64,000 nucleotides of DNA from Candidatus Poribacteria bacterium (GTDB lineage Bacteria; Poribacteria; WGA-4E; PCPOR2b): contig OZ244042.1 in the NCBI GenBank assembly GCA_965215015.1, positions 2,592,001-2,656,000 of the forward strand, given 5' to 3'. Every line of letters begins with the position of its first letter. The first letter of the stretch is position 1. Both the position numbers and the translations under genes were made by a program. The notes beneath the pieces are model-generated. The model worked only from the letters and a program-made list of their open reading frames with translations, was not told the DNA's origin and made no database searches. Shown piece after piece: positions 39,302 to 50,370 of the stretch.

Positions 39302-41860
39302 CTACTCCTCCCTCAACGCATCTGCCGGTTGCATCCCCCCCACGCGCCACGCGGGGTAAATGCCCGCTAACAACGCTGCAACCAACGCAACGATGAGGGC
39401 TTGTAGGAAATAAATCGGTTGTAGGTGCATCTGCAGCGTCCAACCGAATGAACGAAGATTGATGATATAGATAAGAATAAGAGCGAGGACAAAGCCGGTT
39501 GGCATAGCGATGATGCCCGCAGTTGTCCCCATTAATCCTGTTTCCACCAGTGTCAATTTCCACAACTGTCGGCGTGTCATGCCGACAGCACGCAATGTGC
39601 CAATCTCTCGACGCCGCTCTAGTTGCAGACTCATCAGTGCGCTCAGTATACCGATGAAAGCCACGAGCATGGCGAGCATTTGTAGCGCGACCGTTATGCT
39701 AAAACTGCGATCGAAAATAGCGAGAGAATGTTCCCGAAGACCGCTGCTAGAGCGGATCACCAATTCAGCTTCACCGGCAAACGCTGCTCGTAATTCGTCA
39801 ATTTTGGCATCCACATCGACACCGGCTTCCACAAAGAGTGCAGCAGACGACAGATTAGTGTCGTCCCAAAATGTGCGGTAGATGGCATCACCGATAAGTG
39901 CACCGGGTTGTACATCGAAATCATAAGCCACAGCCACAATTGGAAATTGCTGCTCACCCCGGTCCGTGAACAGTGCGACTTCATCGCCAACCCCAAGTGT
40001 GAATCGGTTCGACATCGGCTCATTGATAATGAGTCCACCCGCCTCCAACCTCCTCCAAGTTGTTGCGGGGTCCCCTACTGCTGCCTTGTAGGAACGCTTT
40101 TCACCGGCGATATCCATACTGACAGCAGCAAGCTGGATAACCCCGAAATCGCCGGCACTGACATCTACCAATCGGCTCGTTGCCATCTGGGCAACACCGG
40201 GAAAGGTTGCCAACTTCTCCACCACACCGGGGGCAAGCGGAGAGGTTGCCTGATCCGAGATTAGACTTGGTGCCGAAATGAAGATATCCGCCTGCAAAAG
40301 GTCTGTCAACCACCGTTCAACGGTCAAGCGGAAACTGCTAATCATCAGGCTGACACCGACAATCACGCTAACTGTAACCATCAGCGCAGCAATGGCAACG
40401 GAGGTACGACTCAACGAGCGTGTGATGTCCCGAATCGCAAGCCGAACTAAAGGACTCAAAGATTTTCCTAAAAATTTGGTCAATCCTGAGAGTATACGCA
40501 TCAGTCCTAAAGTCAGAGCGGGAGTGAACAGACCGATGCCGATGATAATGGCGAAGACACCAACAAACGTGATGCTCAAATGCCATTCGGGAACTAGAAG
40601 GATGATGCCCAACACCAGCAGCCCCACACCAACCGCACTCACCCAGTTTAGCGCAGTACGCACCCGTTCTTCAATATTGCTACGTTGGAGTGCGGAGACG
40701 GGTTGCACCTTGGTTGCTTCATAAGCCGGGATTCCGGCGGAGACCAGTGCTGCGGCGATGCCACTGATAGCCCCTTTGAGCATCGTTACAGGTGGGAAAT
40801 CGATACGACGCACAGTTACAACAAAAAAAAGATCGTTGATGCTAGTCGTAACCATTTGCACCGCACCACGCCCTAACAGATACCCTAAGCCAAGTCCGAG
40901 GGCTGTACCGATGACACCGAGCAATCCTGCCTCAATCAGAATTATTGAGAAAATTTCGCCCCGCGTCACCCCCAACGCACGCAGGCTGCCGAAAATCGCA
41001 CGCCGCTGCACCACGCTGAAGACGACTGTATTATAAATCAAGAATATCCCAATCAACAACGCAAGTGTGCTGAAAGCTGTCCAGTTCAATCGAAACGCAG
41101 CTGTCATCTCTTCAACTGACGAGTCCGTCGGCTGTTCAACCCGTGCACCGGGAGGGAGGATGGCGGTGATGCGTTTGAGCGTTGCCGCTTTTTGTGTACC
41201 TTCCGGAATAATTAGATCAATTCGATCGAGGGCCCCCACTTTACCCAGTACCTCTTGGGCGGTACCAATGTCAGTAATCAATAACCCATCAAGCCCTCGC
41301 TGTTCATTTTTCTCGTCTGACTTTAGCACAAACACAATCTGTAGGGCTTGGCGCTGCCCTCCCACCTGTATGTGGATGAAATCACCTACATTGAGATTAT
41401 ACTGGTTGGCAAGGGACGCGCTGAGCAAAACAGTATTTGGCTGAACCATAAACGCAGTGAATCCATTGTTATCCGAAAAGCCGGTGTTATCGTCATTTAG
41501 ATAATCCCGAAAGGGAGATTCAGCAAAGCTATCCATCCCTAACAGCCTCATTGGCTGCATATCCAGTTCTTCGGCAACAACGTAACCTTCCACAATTGGT
41601 GCACTAAGCCGATAGCCTAACCGCTGCCGCAACGCGACATAAATGCTCTCATCCAACCCACTGGGGCCGCCAACAATCTGGTGAGTAGTTTTGCCGGTCA
41701 CGGCTTTTGCACTGAGTACGAAAGCGCGGTTAGCAGCACCGGTAGCGAGGTCAATTGCGACAATCATTGCAACGCCTAACGCTACACCGACGATGAAGAA
41801 AACGCTTTGAGTAGGACGCCGCGAAACATAACGCCAAGCGAGAGTAGTTGACAATTGCAT
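39302..41860 (-). CDS. ABC transporter permease, duplicated FtsX/MacB-like (AttF/G type)
   Basis: GVALGVAM, two 'R.....LRA.G.T' FtsX motifs; likely start MQLSTT (41860) rather than 42007. Confidence 0.88.
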   Translation of the reverse strand: MQLSTTLAWRYVSRRPTQSVFFIVGVALGVAMIVAIDLATGAANRAFVLSAKAVTGKTTHQIVGGPSGLDESIYVALRQRLGYRLSAPIVEGYVVAEELDMQPMRLLGMDSFAESPFRDYLNDDNTGFSDNNGFTAFMVQPNTVLLSASLANQYNLNVGDFIHIQVGGQRQALQIVFVLKSDEKNEQRGLDGLLITDIGTAQEVLGKVGALDRIDLIIPEGTQKAATLKRITAILPPGARVEQPTDSSVEEMTAAFRLNWTAFSTLALLIGIFLIYNTVVFSVVQRRAIFGSLRALGVTRGEIFSIILIEAGLLGVIGTALGLGLGYLLGRGAVQMVTTSINDLFFVVTVRRIDFPPVTMLKGAISGIAAALVSAGIPAYEATKVQPVSALQRSNIEERVRTALNWVSAVGVGLLVLGIILLVPEWHLSITFVGVFAIIIGIGLFTPALTLGLMRILSGLTKFLGKSLSPLVRLAIRDITRSLSRTSVAIAALMVTVSVIVGVSLMISSFRLTVERWLTDLLQADIFISAPSLISDQATSPLAPGVVEKLATFPGVAQMATSRLVDVSAGDFGVIQLAAVSMDIAGEKRSYKAAVGDPATTWRRLEAGGLIINEPMSNRFTLGVGDEVALFTDRGEQQFPIVAVAYDFDVQPGALIGDAIYRTFWDDTNLSSAALFVEAGVDVDAKIDELRAAFAGEAELVIRSSSGLREHSLAIFDRSFSITVALQMLAMLVAFIGILSALMSLQLERRREIGTLRAVGMTRRQLWKLTLVETGLMGTTAGIIAMPTGFVLALILIYIINLRSFGWTLQMHLQPIYFLQALIVALVAALLAGIYPAWRVGGMQPADALREE

Positions 41861-42093
41861 CAGGATTAAATCAGGATTCTCATTAGGGGATATATTTCCT
41901 AATGACTCATGCCAAAAGAAAGCGAAACGCCAAGAACGTGAAACGTGAAGACCGGAAAACGGGACATGAAGCCGTCTTGTCTTCTCATTCTCTGGTTGTC
42001 TCGTCATGGCGGAATGAACTAGTCAATCAATGAGCTCTTGAACGATGTGGAAACGACAGTCTCATCAACTCGCACCAAAGATTAATATAAGTA

Positions 42094-42837
42094 TTACGTA
42101 GTATCACTGACTAGACCCCCGTCGGTGATGTGCAGGACCCGATCCGCACGACGCGCAATCTCCGGGGCGTGCGTCGCCATCAAAAGCAGCTTGCCGGTGC
42201 CCCGAACTATTTCCAATAACAGCGACAGAACAGTTTCACCGATTTCCGTATCTAGATTACCGGTCGGTTCATCAGCGAGCAGCATCAAGGGGTTATGGAC
42301 AAGCGCACGGGCAATAGCAACCCGCTGTTGTTCACCGCCACTCAGTCTATCCGGGTAGGTATTGAGCCGTTCACCAAGTCCGACTTGCTCAAGTAGGGCC
42401 TCTGCATGATTTCGTCCATCCCTTCGGGATTCAGAGCGGTGTGTTAGTTCGAGGGGCAGGATTACATTTTCCAATACTGTCAAGATTGGAATCAGGTTGA
42501 AAAACTGGAAGATAATCCCAATGTGACGACGACGGAAAAGGGTTCGCTGGTGTTCGTTCAGGCGAGTCAGATCGATTTCCCGATTGCCTTCTTGAATGAA
42601 GACGTGCCCGCTGCTTGGCGCATCAATGCCAGAGATTAGATTGAGTAATGTGCTTTTTCCGCTACCGGATTTTCCTAACAAGCAGACAAACTCGCCCTCA
42701 TAAAATTCTTGGTTCACTCGATTCAAAACGATGCGATTTTGCCCCGCTTCACTGTAGGATTTACTCAAGCGATCTAATCGCACCAACATGACGGGCGAAT
42801 TTACAGAAGAGGCGGAATGGGTAGATTCTATAGTCAC
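42094..42837 (-). CDS. ABC transporter ATP-binding protein (LolD/MacB-like)
   Basis: [25 protein letters not shown]. Confidence 0.92.
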   Translation of the reverse strand: MTIESTHSASSVNSPVMLVRLDRLSKSYSEAGQNRIVLNRVNQEFYEGEFVCLLGKSGSGKSTLLNLISGIDAPSSGHVFIQEGNREIDLTRLNEHQRTLFRRRHIGIIFQFFNLIPILTVLENVILPLELTHRSESRRDGRNHAEALLEQVGLGERLNTYPDRLSGGEQQRVAIARALVHNPLMLLADEPTGNLDTEIGETVLSLLLEIVRGTGKLLLMATHAPEIARRADRVLHITDGGLVSDTT

Positions 42838-42856
42838 TTCAAATTTGGATTGGGAT

Positions 42857-43750
42857 TTAGTGAGCGGAGAGGAACGTTAGCAGCTCAGCTGTCGTTTCTT
42901 CCGGCAGTTCTTCCGGCAAAAAATGGCCACAGTCAAGGGGTTTTCCACGCACCTCAACAGCCCGCTCCCGCCAGACAGTGAGCATATCAAGGCTTGCACC
43001 GGTCTGCCAACCCGGACGTTTTGCCATGTTGCTGCCCCAAAGCAGCAACACAGGGCAGGTGAGTTTGCGCCCGCGATCAGCCTCGTCGTGAATCAGGTCC
43101 AGGGCTATGCCTCGGTAGTCCAAACAGGTCGCGCGAATGGTTTCAGGGTCATTGAAACAACGGAGATATTCTGCATACGCCTCATCTGTAATTGAGCCGT
43201 CAATTGCAGTCCATCGCTCAAGCAGGAAATCCAGATAGACCTTGGCACTGTTACCAATCAAGGTTTCCGGCAGCGGCGATGGCTGGCGCATCAGGTGCCA
43301 ATGGAACCAAGCGAAGGAAAGCTGGCTGTCCATGTGATCGAAAGCAGCCTGCGAAGGCACAACGTCAAGCGAGGTAAAGGTTCTCACCTGCTCCGGATGA
43401 TCAAGTGCCATGCGATGCCCGACGCGGGCTCCACGATCGTGGCCAACAACATGGAACGATTCAAAGCCGAGTGCTGCCATTACCCCAACTTGGTCCTGCG
43501 CGGTCACGCGTTTGCAATAGACACTCAAGTCACCCTCCGGGGCGGGCGGCTTTTCGCTGTCACCGTAGCCCCGCAGATCCGGGGCAACGACGGTGTAACG
43601 TTCGGCAAGTTTGGGGGCAATCTTGTGCCATTCAACATGGGTTTGGGGATACCCGTGCAGCAATAACAGAGGCGGTCCAATCCCACCGTGCACAAGGTTG
43701 ATGGAAACGCCATTGGCTTTGATTTGGGTTTTCGTGAAGTTGTCAAACAT
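42857..43750 (-). CDS. Alpha/beta hydrolase, haloacetate (fluoroacetate) dehalogenase-like
   Basis: [31 protein letters not shown]. Confidence 0.8.
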   Translation of the reverse strand: MFDNFTKTQIKANGVSINLVHGGIGPPLLLLHGYPQTHVEWHKIAPKLAERYTVVAPDLRGYGDSEKPPAPEGDLSVYCKRVTAQDQVGVMAALGFESFHVVGHDRGARVGHRMALDHPEQVRTFTSLDVVPSQAAFDHMDSQLSFAWFHWHLMRQPSPLPETLIGNSAKVYLDFLLERWTAIDGSITDEAYAEYLRCFNDPETIRATCLDYRGIALDLIHDEADRGRKLTCPVLLLWGSNMAKRPGWQTGASLDMLTVWRERAVEVRGKPLDCGHFLPEELPEETTAELLTFLSAH

Positions 43751-43780
43751 CGAGCACGCTTTCTTCAAATTTTTAATCTT

Positions 43781-44123
43781 TAACTTACGCAGTTGAAACC
43801 CTCAAAGCCAACACCAGAAAAGGACGCGTAATGTCCCGGGCGGATGGAGCCAATCGTGGGGCGCAACTGTTTGCGCGAGAGTCCGGGTATCCTCAGTGAT
43901 TCATCGCTATACACCAACGCCCGATGGATCGGGCAACTACAGCTCATCCAACAGGAGTCGGTACGCGCCGCGTGCCGACACCCTGCTTGCGGGGGGTGGG
44001 GATTCTTAGCGAGAGGAAGAGGGGGTCCGGCATACACCGTACGCCTACTACTGTCCGGTGATTTAGTGTCTATGGTGATGCGGGTTGAGTGGCGTGCCTA
44101 CACATTCAAGTGCCTAACTCCTA
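43781..44123 (+). mobile_element. MITE, long form (~340 bp) with internal REP/GC modules
   Basis: Ends match the short form (ACTTACGCAGTTGAA..GCCAACACCAGAAAAGG / TCAAGTGCCTAACTCCTA); middle expanded. Confidence 0.75.
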
Positions 44124-44391
44124 ATTAATGAACCGATCAACCAATGAACTCATGAACAAATAGTTTTCACATTTGGTTACTAACCTAACAATTCATACGG
44201 GACACCACCCGGTATCGAGGAGGCAAATCAGTTGGTCAAAACGGTGGACGCCATGGGGGTTAAATTCGCTTGTGCGCCGGTGCTTGGCCAGGTCCAACAG
44301 TCTGCCGCCAAAGGAGTACCAGTTGATGTTGTGATGCGGTGCCCCGCACCTACTCCTGTGGGCCAACCCCTGCCGTGGAGTTGAGACAGCC

Positions 44392-45402
44392 CTAATTGCT
44401 CTGTTTTCGAGCGAACTCTTGCAAATCAACGATTGTATCGGTTTCATCAACAAGTGGACCTGTAAGCACTTCCAGCACATCCTCAAGCGTTACTACTCCT
44501 GATACACCTCCATATTCATCAACAACAACGGCTAAATGCTGGCGAGTCTGCTGGAATATTGACAAAAGCTGATTGGAGCGCTTCCGTCCAAGTACGAAAT
44601 GTACCTTATAAGCAAAATGTGAGATGGGTTGATCCAATTTCCCTTGGACGATCCCGGCGAGTAGTTCAGGCTTCAAAGCGACCCCAGTCACCTGATCCAG
44701 TGTTTCTGCAATTACAATAATTCGGCTATGGGGCGAAGTCAGAATGTCATCTTTTGCCTCAGCGAGCGTTAAGTCACCTTTTAGGTATGTCATTACCACC
44801 CTCGGTGTCATTAGATCGGCAGCTGTCATATCATTCAAATTGAATATTTTTCGGATCATTTCAGATTCATCATTCTCAATCGTTCCTTCCTCTTGTCCAA
44901 TTTTTGCCAACAACTTTATCTCTGCCTCATCCGTTGTGAAGCGGTTACCGCCTGTCGTTAAAGGGGTGGTAATTTTTTCAATGCACCATATCAGGGGGGT
45001 TAAAATTCGGGTCAATCCGGCGACGGGCCGAGCAATAATTAGAGCAATCTTCTCCGAATATCGCTCACCAAGCGTTTTGGGGATGATTTCGGACAGGAGA
45101 ATCACCAAGAAGGTAAGTACCCCTGAAACTAAACCCAACCATTGGCTCCCTAAGACAGCATTAGCCACGGCACTCACGACAGTCGTTCCAACAATATTAG
45201 CAATATTGTTGAGAATAACGATGGTTGCGATAGGACGATTCATCTGCTCGCGGATGGACAGCAGGACTAGTGCTTCCGGCCGATTTGATTGAGCCAACCG
45301 TTGAACTTTAACTAGGGGCACCGAAAACAACGCCGCCTCAGATCCAGAACAGATGGCAGAAGAAAGCAAGACAATTCCAATAGTTATAGGCAGCACCAAC
45401 AT
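44392..45402 (-). CDS. CNNM/DUF21-CBS domain membrane protein (hemolysin/CorC-like)
   Basis: SE.ALFS, EIIPK, MTPR, HSRI, VVDEYGG..G.VTLED. Confidence 0.9.
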   Translation of the reverse strand: MLVLPITIGIVLLSSAICSGSEAALFSVPLVKVQRLAQSNRPEALVLLSIREQMNRPIATIVILNNIANIVGTTVVSAVANAVLGSQWLGLVSGVLTFLVILLSEIIPKTLGERYSEKIALIIARPVAGLTRILTPLIWCIEKITTPLTTGGNRFTTDEAEIKLLAKIGQEEGTIENDESEMIRKIFNLNDMTAADLMTPRVVMTYLKGDLTLAEAKDDILTSPHSRIIVIAETLDQVTGVALKPELLAGIVQGKLDQPISHFAYKVHFVLGRKRSNQLLSIFQQTRQHLAVVVDEYGGVSGVVTLEDVLEVLTGPLVDETDTIVDLQEFARKQSN

Positions 45403-45539
45403 TGGACTTTCCTTTCATTTAACGGTTCAGATTGCCCTTTGGTTTGGATCAATTTAACGATTCATTGTAGCATTTACTATTTATGGTGTCAATCCCGAAA
45501 TGAATTGAGTGGCAATTTACAAAGCAAGTCAAGGGGCAT

Positions 45540-45715
45540 CTGTAGCCGTGCAATCTGCTGCATCCGCGATTCAGACAATACTTATGAGCACCCCTCAACT
45601 AACTGAGGAGTGCCCATAAATAGGTTCGCTCATCTTAAGAGAAGTAGGACTTACGTCGTTGAACGCTCACAGTCCCGTAGTTCGGTGATTCATCATAGCA
45701 CATAGATTGGCCAAA
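45540..45715. repeat. Cluster of REP-like hairpins and a partial MITE end
   Basis: TTATGAGCACCCCTCA..TGAGGAGTGCCCATAA hairpin; TAGGACTTACGTCGTTGAACGCTCA at 45645. Confidence 0.5.
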
Positions 45716-45717
45716 CT

Positions 45718-47103
45718 TTAGTAATCCTTAAAATCCCTGCTACTAAATCCGTAGTTCTGCATCCGGTTCTGAAGCCGGCGGCGAGAGATTCCCAAAAGTT
45801 TAGCGGCTTGGGTTTGGTTGCCACCGGTCCGAATCAAGGCAACCCGAATATACTCCTTTACAATCTCTTCAAGTGCGACCCCATCCACTGGAATTTCTAC
45901 GGGAAAATCCCCTGGAGGCAATGAACTATCCGAAATTTCAGGTGGCAAATCTTCAAAGTCAATAACCGCTTTTTCCGACAGTACGAAGATTCTGTGCAGG
46001 TAATTTTCAAGTTGACGCACGTTTCCGGGCCAATCGTACCGCCGAAGGGCGGACATCGCCCTAGGTGCGACACGCTTCGGTTCAGCATCGGGGTATTCAC
46101 CCTCGAACTTCTGGAGGAAGAAGTCAATCAAGGGTCCGATGTCCTCCCTTCGATCTCGAAGGTCAGGCATGTGAAGCGGAATGACGTTCAACCGGAAGAA
46201 GAGGTCTTCACGGAAGGTCCCTTCATTGACAGCGGCTTGCAAATCTATATTGGTCGCAGCGAGCACACACACATTGACTTTAATCTGTCTTACACCACCG
46301 ACACGCCTGATCTTCCTTTCGTGCAACACATGGAGGAGCTTACTCTGTGCATGTACAGCAAGGTCGCTAATTTCATCCAGAAAGACTGTGCCGCCATTTG
46401 CCGCTTCAAACACCCCCACCTTCTGCCGGTGAGCATCGGTGAACGCACCTTTTTCATGTCCAAAGAGTTCGCTTTCAATCAACGCATCAGGCACAGCACC
46501 GCAGTTAATCTGCAAAAACGGCTTGTCCTTACGTTTTCCATACTCATGAATTGCTTTCGCCACTAGTCCTTTCCCCGTACCCGTGTTGCCGGAGATGAGC
46601 ACCTGATTGACACCGCGATGAATGATTCGAGACATAGTTTTGAACAGTTGCCCCATGCAGTCGCTCTGACCGATGATTTCTTCAAAATGAATCTCCTGAA
46701 CAGGTGTTTCGTCACTCGATTCCTCATCTGTTAAGCCGTGCCGCATCTCAATGGCACGCCTAATCTCTTTCTTGAGCGTATCAATCTGAATCGGTTTTTC
46801 AAGATAATAGAATGCCCCTTCACGTGCCACCAAATCCACAGCGTCGTTCACCTCAGCGTAAGCTGTAACAATCAGTACAGGAAGATCTGGATCCCTCCTT
46901 TTGATTTCATGAAGCAGTTCTCGCCCTGACATCTGAGCCATCCGCATATCGCTGACAACGACATCGAATAGGTTGTCTTCAATTTTTTCGAGGGCGGCAA
47001 CGCCATTTTCAGCTGTTTCTATAGTATAGCCTTCGCGCTTTAATATGGTCTGCAAAACAGTCCGTTGACCCTGGTCATCATCGACAATCAGTATTGCTGA
47101 CAT
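45718..47103 (-). CDS. Sigma54-dependent response regulator (NtrC/AtoC family)
   Basis: Receiver domain (VDDD, D), G.TGTGK, ESELFGHEKGAFTDA, FREDL, WPGNVR, Fis-type HTH. Confidence 0.93.
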   Translation of the reverse strand: MSAILIVDDDQGQRTVLQTILKREGYTIETAENGVAALEKIEDNLFDVVVSDMRMAQMSGRELLHEIKRRDPDLPVLIVTAYAEVNDAVDLVAREGAFYYLEKPIQIDTLKKEIRRAIEMRHGLTDEESSDETPVQEIHFEEIIGQSDCMGQLFKTMSRIIHRGVNQVLISGNTGTGKGLVAKAIHEYGKRKDKPFLQINCGAVPDALIESELFGHEKGAFTDAHRQKVGVFEAANGGTVFLDEISDLAVHAQSKLLHVLHERKIRRVGGVRQIKVNVCVLAATNIDLQAAVNEGTFREDLFFRLNVIPLHMPDLRDRREDIGPLIDFFLQKFEGEYPDAEPKRVAPRAMSALRRYDWPGNVRQLENYLHRIFVLSEKAVIDFEDLPPEISDSSLPPGDFPVEIPVDGVALEEIVKEYIRVALIRTGGNQTQAAKLLGISRRRLQNRMQNYGFSSRDFKDY

Positions 47104-47105
47104 AC

Positions 47106-48647
47106 CTATTCCTCCTTATGGCTTACAGTTGTATCGGCTGGGAACGAATCGAGGCTTTTCATAGGCAGGTAAATTTGAAATGCGGTTCCCATTCCGACCT
47201 GGCTTTTGAGTTCAATCTTTCCATGGTGTGCTGTAATAATCTGGTGTACGATCGCAAGCCCAAGCCCCATTCCCCCTTCACTCTCCTTCGTGGTAAAGTA
47301 AGCATCAAAAATCCGCTCTTGGATTTCGGGGGGAATACCAACCCCCGTATCACGAATTTCAATCTCGATGCCGTGTCCCGCAAGGGTCTGGGTTAGCTGC
47401 GTTGTGATGTAAATCCTGCCGCCCTTGGGCATGGCTTGAATACTGTTCTGTATTAGGTTGAAAAGCGTCTGCTGAATCAACCCCGGATCAAGTTGCAGTT
47501 GTGGTAAATCTGGCGTGTAATTGGTGATAACTGTGACTTTAGCATTTTCGACGATGAGCGTAAATTCCGCAAGGACTTGGTCGATAAGCGCATTGAGATC
47601 CGTAGGTTTCAGATCGAGCGTTTTCGGACGATTCAAGGCCACAAACTGCTCAGAAATCCGCTGCAACCGTTGGATTTCAAAATTGACAATATCGAGTAGA
47701 TTTCGAGCTTCTTCGATGTCGCTAGCCTTGATATTGTTCCGTGAAAAGAGATCTCGCAGGTGCTGAGCTGTCATTCCGATAGTATTCAATGGGTTACGAA
47801 TTTCATGGGCAACGCCTGCAGCAAATTGTTGAAGCGCGGCGATGCGCTTCGAGTGGATCCCCGTCAATTGCCTCAACATCCGCACAAGACTGTAGGTGAC
47901 GCGCCCAATTTCGTCGGAGGCATAGGACTGCGGCAACGCCTCAGGGGCCCCGGCTTCCGCCCGTCTAATAATTTCCATCATACCTTGCAGGGGACGAATA
48001 ACCCAGCGAGTCGTCATCATATCAATAATGATTATCAGGAGGACACTTGTAACGATAATGGAAATCAGGAGCATGATGCGGAGACGGTAGAGATGGTTGG
48101 TAAGATCAGGTCCTGCAAAAAGTGCTTGAATGAATCCGTCGATCCGTTCTGATACAAAGTCTTCTCCAACGATTCCGATCGAATAGGGAATGATAACCGC
48201 TGTCGCATCTTTGCCGTTAATTTGAGGCGTTCTGTAAAGTTCAAAGCCGTTTTTCTTTATTTCATATAACCCCTCATTCGTTAGATTGATATAGTCGTCT
48301 GCCTCCTTATCCGGAATTAAACTGGCTTGAATCTTGGCATCAATTCCGAAGGTCACGTTTACGTCCAAAACATCCTGCATCTCATTAGGCTTCTGCGCCT
48401 TCAATTCTCGAAGAGCGTGTTCGAGTTCTTCTCTGTATAAGGCATGCCGCTTTCCAATCTGGTTTTCAACAAGCGGCCGAATAGTCTTCTCTGCAATTTC
48501 TTTGAAAGTCGCGCCGCGTTTTATGCCCTGCTCATAAAGGCCTCCGAGGTCATCTACAACTTTAATATTGAGAAGCATGTAGAAAGCAGCGAGAAGAATC
48601 AAGACAGATAGGTTGATAATTAAGGCGTATTTCCACTGTAAGCGCAT
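47106..48647 (-). CDS. Membrane sensor histidine kinase (HAMP-HisKA-HATPase)
   Basis: Two TM segments, AHEIRNPL, N box, DTG.GI, G.GLGL. Confidence 0.93.
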   Translation of the reverse strand: MRLQWKYALIINLSVLILLAAFYMLLNIKVVDDLGGLYEQGIKRGATFKEIAEKTIRPLVENQIGKRHALYREELEHALRELKAQKPNEMQDVLDVNVTFGIDAKIQASLIPDKEADDYINLTNEGLYEIKKNGFELYRTPQINGKDATAVIIPYSIGIVGEDFVSERIDGFIQALFAGPDLTNHLYRLRIMLLISIIVTSVLLIIIIDMMTTRWVIRPLQGMMEIIRRAEAGAPEALPQSYASDEIGRVTYSLVRMLRQLTGIHSKRIAALQQFAAGVAHEIRNPLNTIGMTAQHLRDLFSRNNIKASDIEEARNLLDIVNFEIQRLQRISEQFVALNRPKTLDLKPTDLNALIDQVLAEFTLIVENAKVTVITNYTPDLPQLQLDPGLIQQTLFNLIQNSIQAMPKGGRIYITTQLTQTLAGHGIEIEIRDTGVGIPPEIQERIFDAYFTTKESEGGMGLGLAIVHQIITAHHGKIELKSQVGMGTAFQIYLPMKSLDSFPADTTVSHKEE

Positions 48648-48648
48648 G

Positions 48649-50136
48649 TTAGCTCATGACTCTTCGGACGGCATTTTTCCAACCGTCAAGTTTTTCTTGT
48701 CGTTGGTCGGTATCGATTTGCGGCGAAAAAATCGTGTCGATTTTCCGATGGGATTCCAGTTCGTGAATCCCATTCCACATACCGACAGTCAGCCCCGCTA
48801 GGTACCCCGCCCCAAGTCCCGTCGTTTCAATTCGTGTGGGGCGTTCGACATCTATGCCCAAGATATCCGCCTGAAATTGCATCAGGAAATTGTTTGCAAC
48901 GGCACCACCATCAACACGGAGCCGGTCCAGTTCTACCCCTGCATCGGCGTGCATCGCTGCGACGACATCCGCCGTTTGAAGTGCAATCGATTCCAACGTT
49001 GCCCGGACAATATGCGCGCGGGTTACGCCACGTGTCAAGCCAAGTATCGCGCCTTGAGCCCCTGCATCCCAGTAAGGTGCGCCAAGCCCTGTAAAGGCAG
49101 GAACCACGGAGACACCACCTGAGTCTGGAACACTGGCGGCAATCGCTTCCGTTTCTGCAGCAGTGTCGATAAGATGCAACCCATCCCGCAGCCATTGCAC
49201 CGCTGCCCCTGCAATAAACACGCTTCCTTCCAGCGCGTAAACCGGCGTTTCATCAAGACCACAAGCCAATGTCGTCAACAGGCCGGATTTTGAATGCACA
49301 CGTTGTTCATCCGTATTCAACATCAGGAAGCATCCGGTGCCATAGGTGTTCTTCGCCAACCCAGCTTGCGTACAAAGCTGCCCAAATAGAGCCGCTTGTT
49401 GGTCCCCGGCAATACCTGCAATTGGGATGCCATCCGGCAACGGGACCACCCTCTTCGTCTTCCCGAAAATACTCCCGGAAGTCTGCACACTTGGCAGAAC
49501 AGACTTTGGGACCCGAAGCACATCCAACAGTTCGTCATCCCACGCGAGTGTGTCTATATTAAACAGCATCGTTCGAGAGGCGTTCGTGTAGTCTGTTACA
49601 TGAACCTCACCCCCCGTCAGATGCCATAGCAGCCACGTATCAATGGTTCCAAATGCGAGTTCGCCGCGTTCAGCGCGCTCCCGTGCGCCATCGACATGAT
49701 CTAGTATCCACGCAATCTTCGTCGCCGAAAAGTACGGATCAAGCACCAGTCCTGTCTTTGCCCGTATCCGTTCTTCGAGGGAGCGTTCCTTCAGATTCGC
49801 GCAGATATCCGATGTGCGACGGCACTGCCACACAATTGCAGGGTGAATCGGTCGTCCGGTCTTGCGTTCCCACACTACCGTTGTTTCCCGCTGATTCGTC
49901 ACTCCAATTGCTGCAATCTCATCGGCGGCCCCCTGTGCTTCAATTAAATCCAGGAAGACTCGATGGGTTACTTCCCAGATTTCGATAGGATCGTGCTCAA
50001 CCCAACCGGGGCGAGAATAGTGCTGTGTAAATTCACGATAGCCGTGTGCAACTATCTCCCCGTGGGCATCAATGAGCAGCACCGTCGAGCCGGTTGTGCC
50101 TTGATCAATCGAGAGGATATACGGGGGTTGTGCCAT
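48649..50136 (-). CDS. glpK: Glycerol kinase
   Basis: IDQGTT, NQRETT, YFSATK, GDQQAAL, KNTYGTG, DGG; start MAQPPY at 50136. Confidence 0.95.
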   Translation of the reverse strand: MAQPPYILSIDQGTTGSTVLLIDAHGEIVAHGYREFTQHYSRPGWVEHDPIEIWEVTHRVFLDLIEAQGAADEIAAIGVTNQRETTVVWERKTGRPIHPAIVWQCRRTSDICANLKERSLEERIRAKTGLVLDPYFSATKIAWILDHVDGARERAERGELAFGTIDTWLLWHLTGGEVHVTDYTNASRTMLFNIDTLAWDDELLDVLRVPKSVLPSVQTSGSIFGKTKRVVPLPDGIPIAGIAGDQQAALFGQLCTQAGLAKNTYGTGCFLMLNTDEQRVHSKSGLLTTLACGLDETPVYALEGSVFIAGAAVQWLRDGLHLIDTAAETEAIAASVPDSGGVSVVPAFTGLGAPYWDAGAQGAILGLTRGVTRAHIVRATLESIALQTADVVAAMHADAGVELDRLRVDGGAVANNFLMQFQADILGIDVERPTRIETTGLGAGYLAGLTVGMWNGIHELESHRKIDTIFSPQIDTDQRQEKLDGWKNAVRRVMS

Positions 50137-50370
50137 TCTGTTTTCACCAAATGTGATTCTGGGATTCATACGGAGTGAAGATCTGCGGCTTCCACAAAGC
50201 ATTTTCAATATACCACAGAGGTTGGGAGCCGTCAATAGGAAATTTGAGGAAAGTGATTGACAAAAGATACGGTTAAGACTACAATTGGAATATCTACTCA
50301 AATTTAGGGCATTACAATCGGAACAAGCCCAAGATAGCATCTTAGAGGGCACCTGAACGCGCATTACTCT

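Noticed and set aside
46430-46460. GAFTDA instead of GAFTGA in the sigma54 activator as loss of function
   Set aside because: GAFTDA is a common natural variant, and the other AAA+ motifs are largely intact.
50137-50364. N-terminal extension of glpK
   Set aside because: The GlpK motif begins at [13 protein letters not shown]; the upstream DNA is AT-rich and promoter-like.
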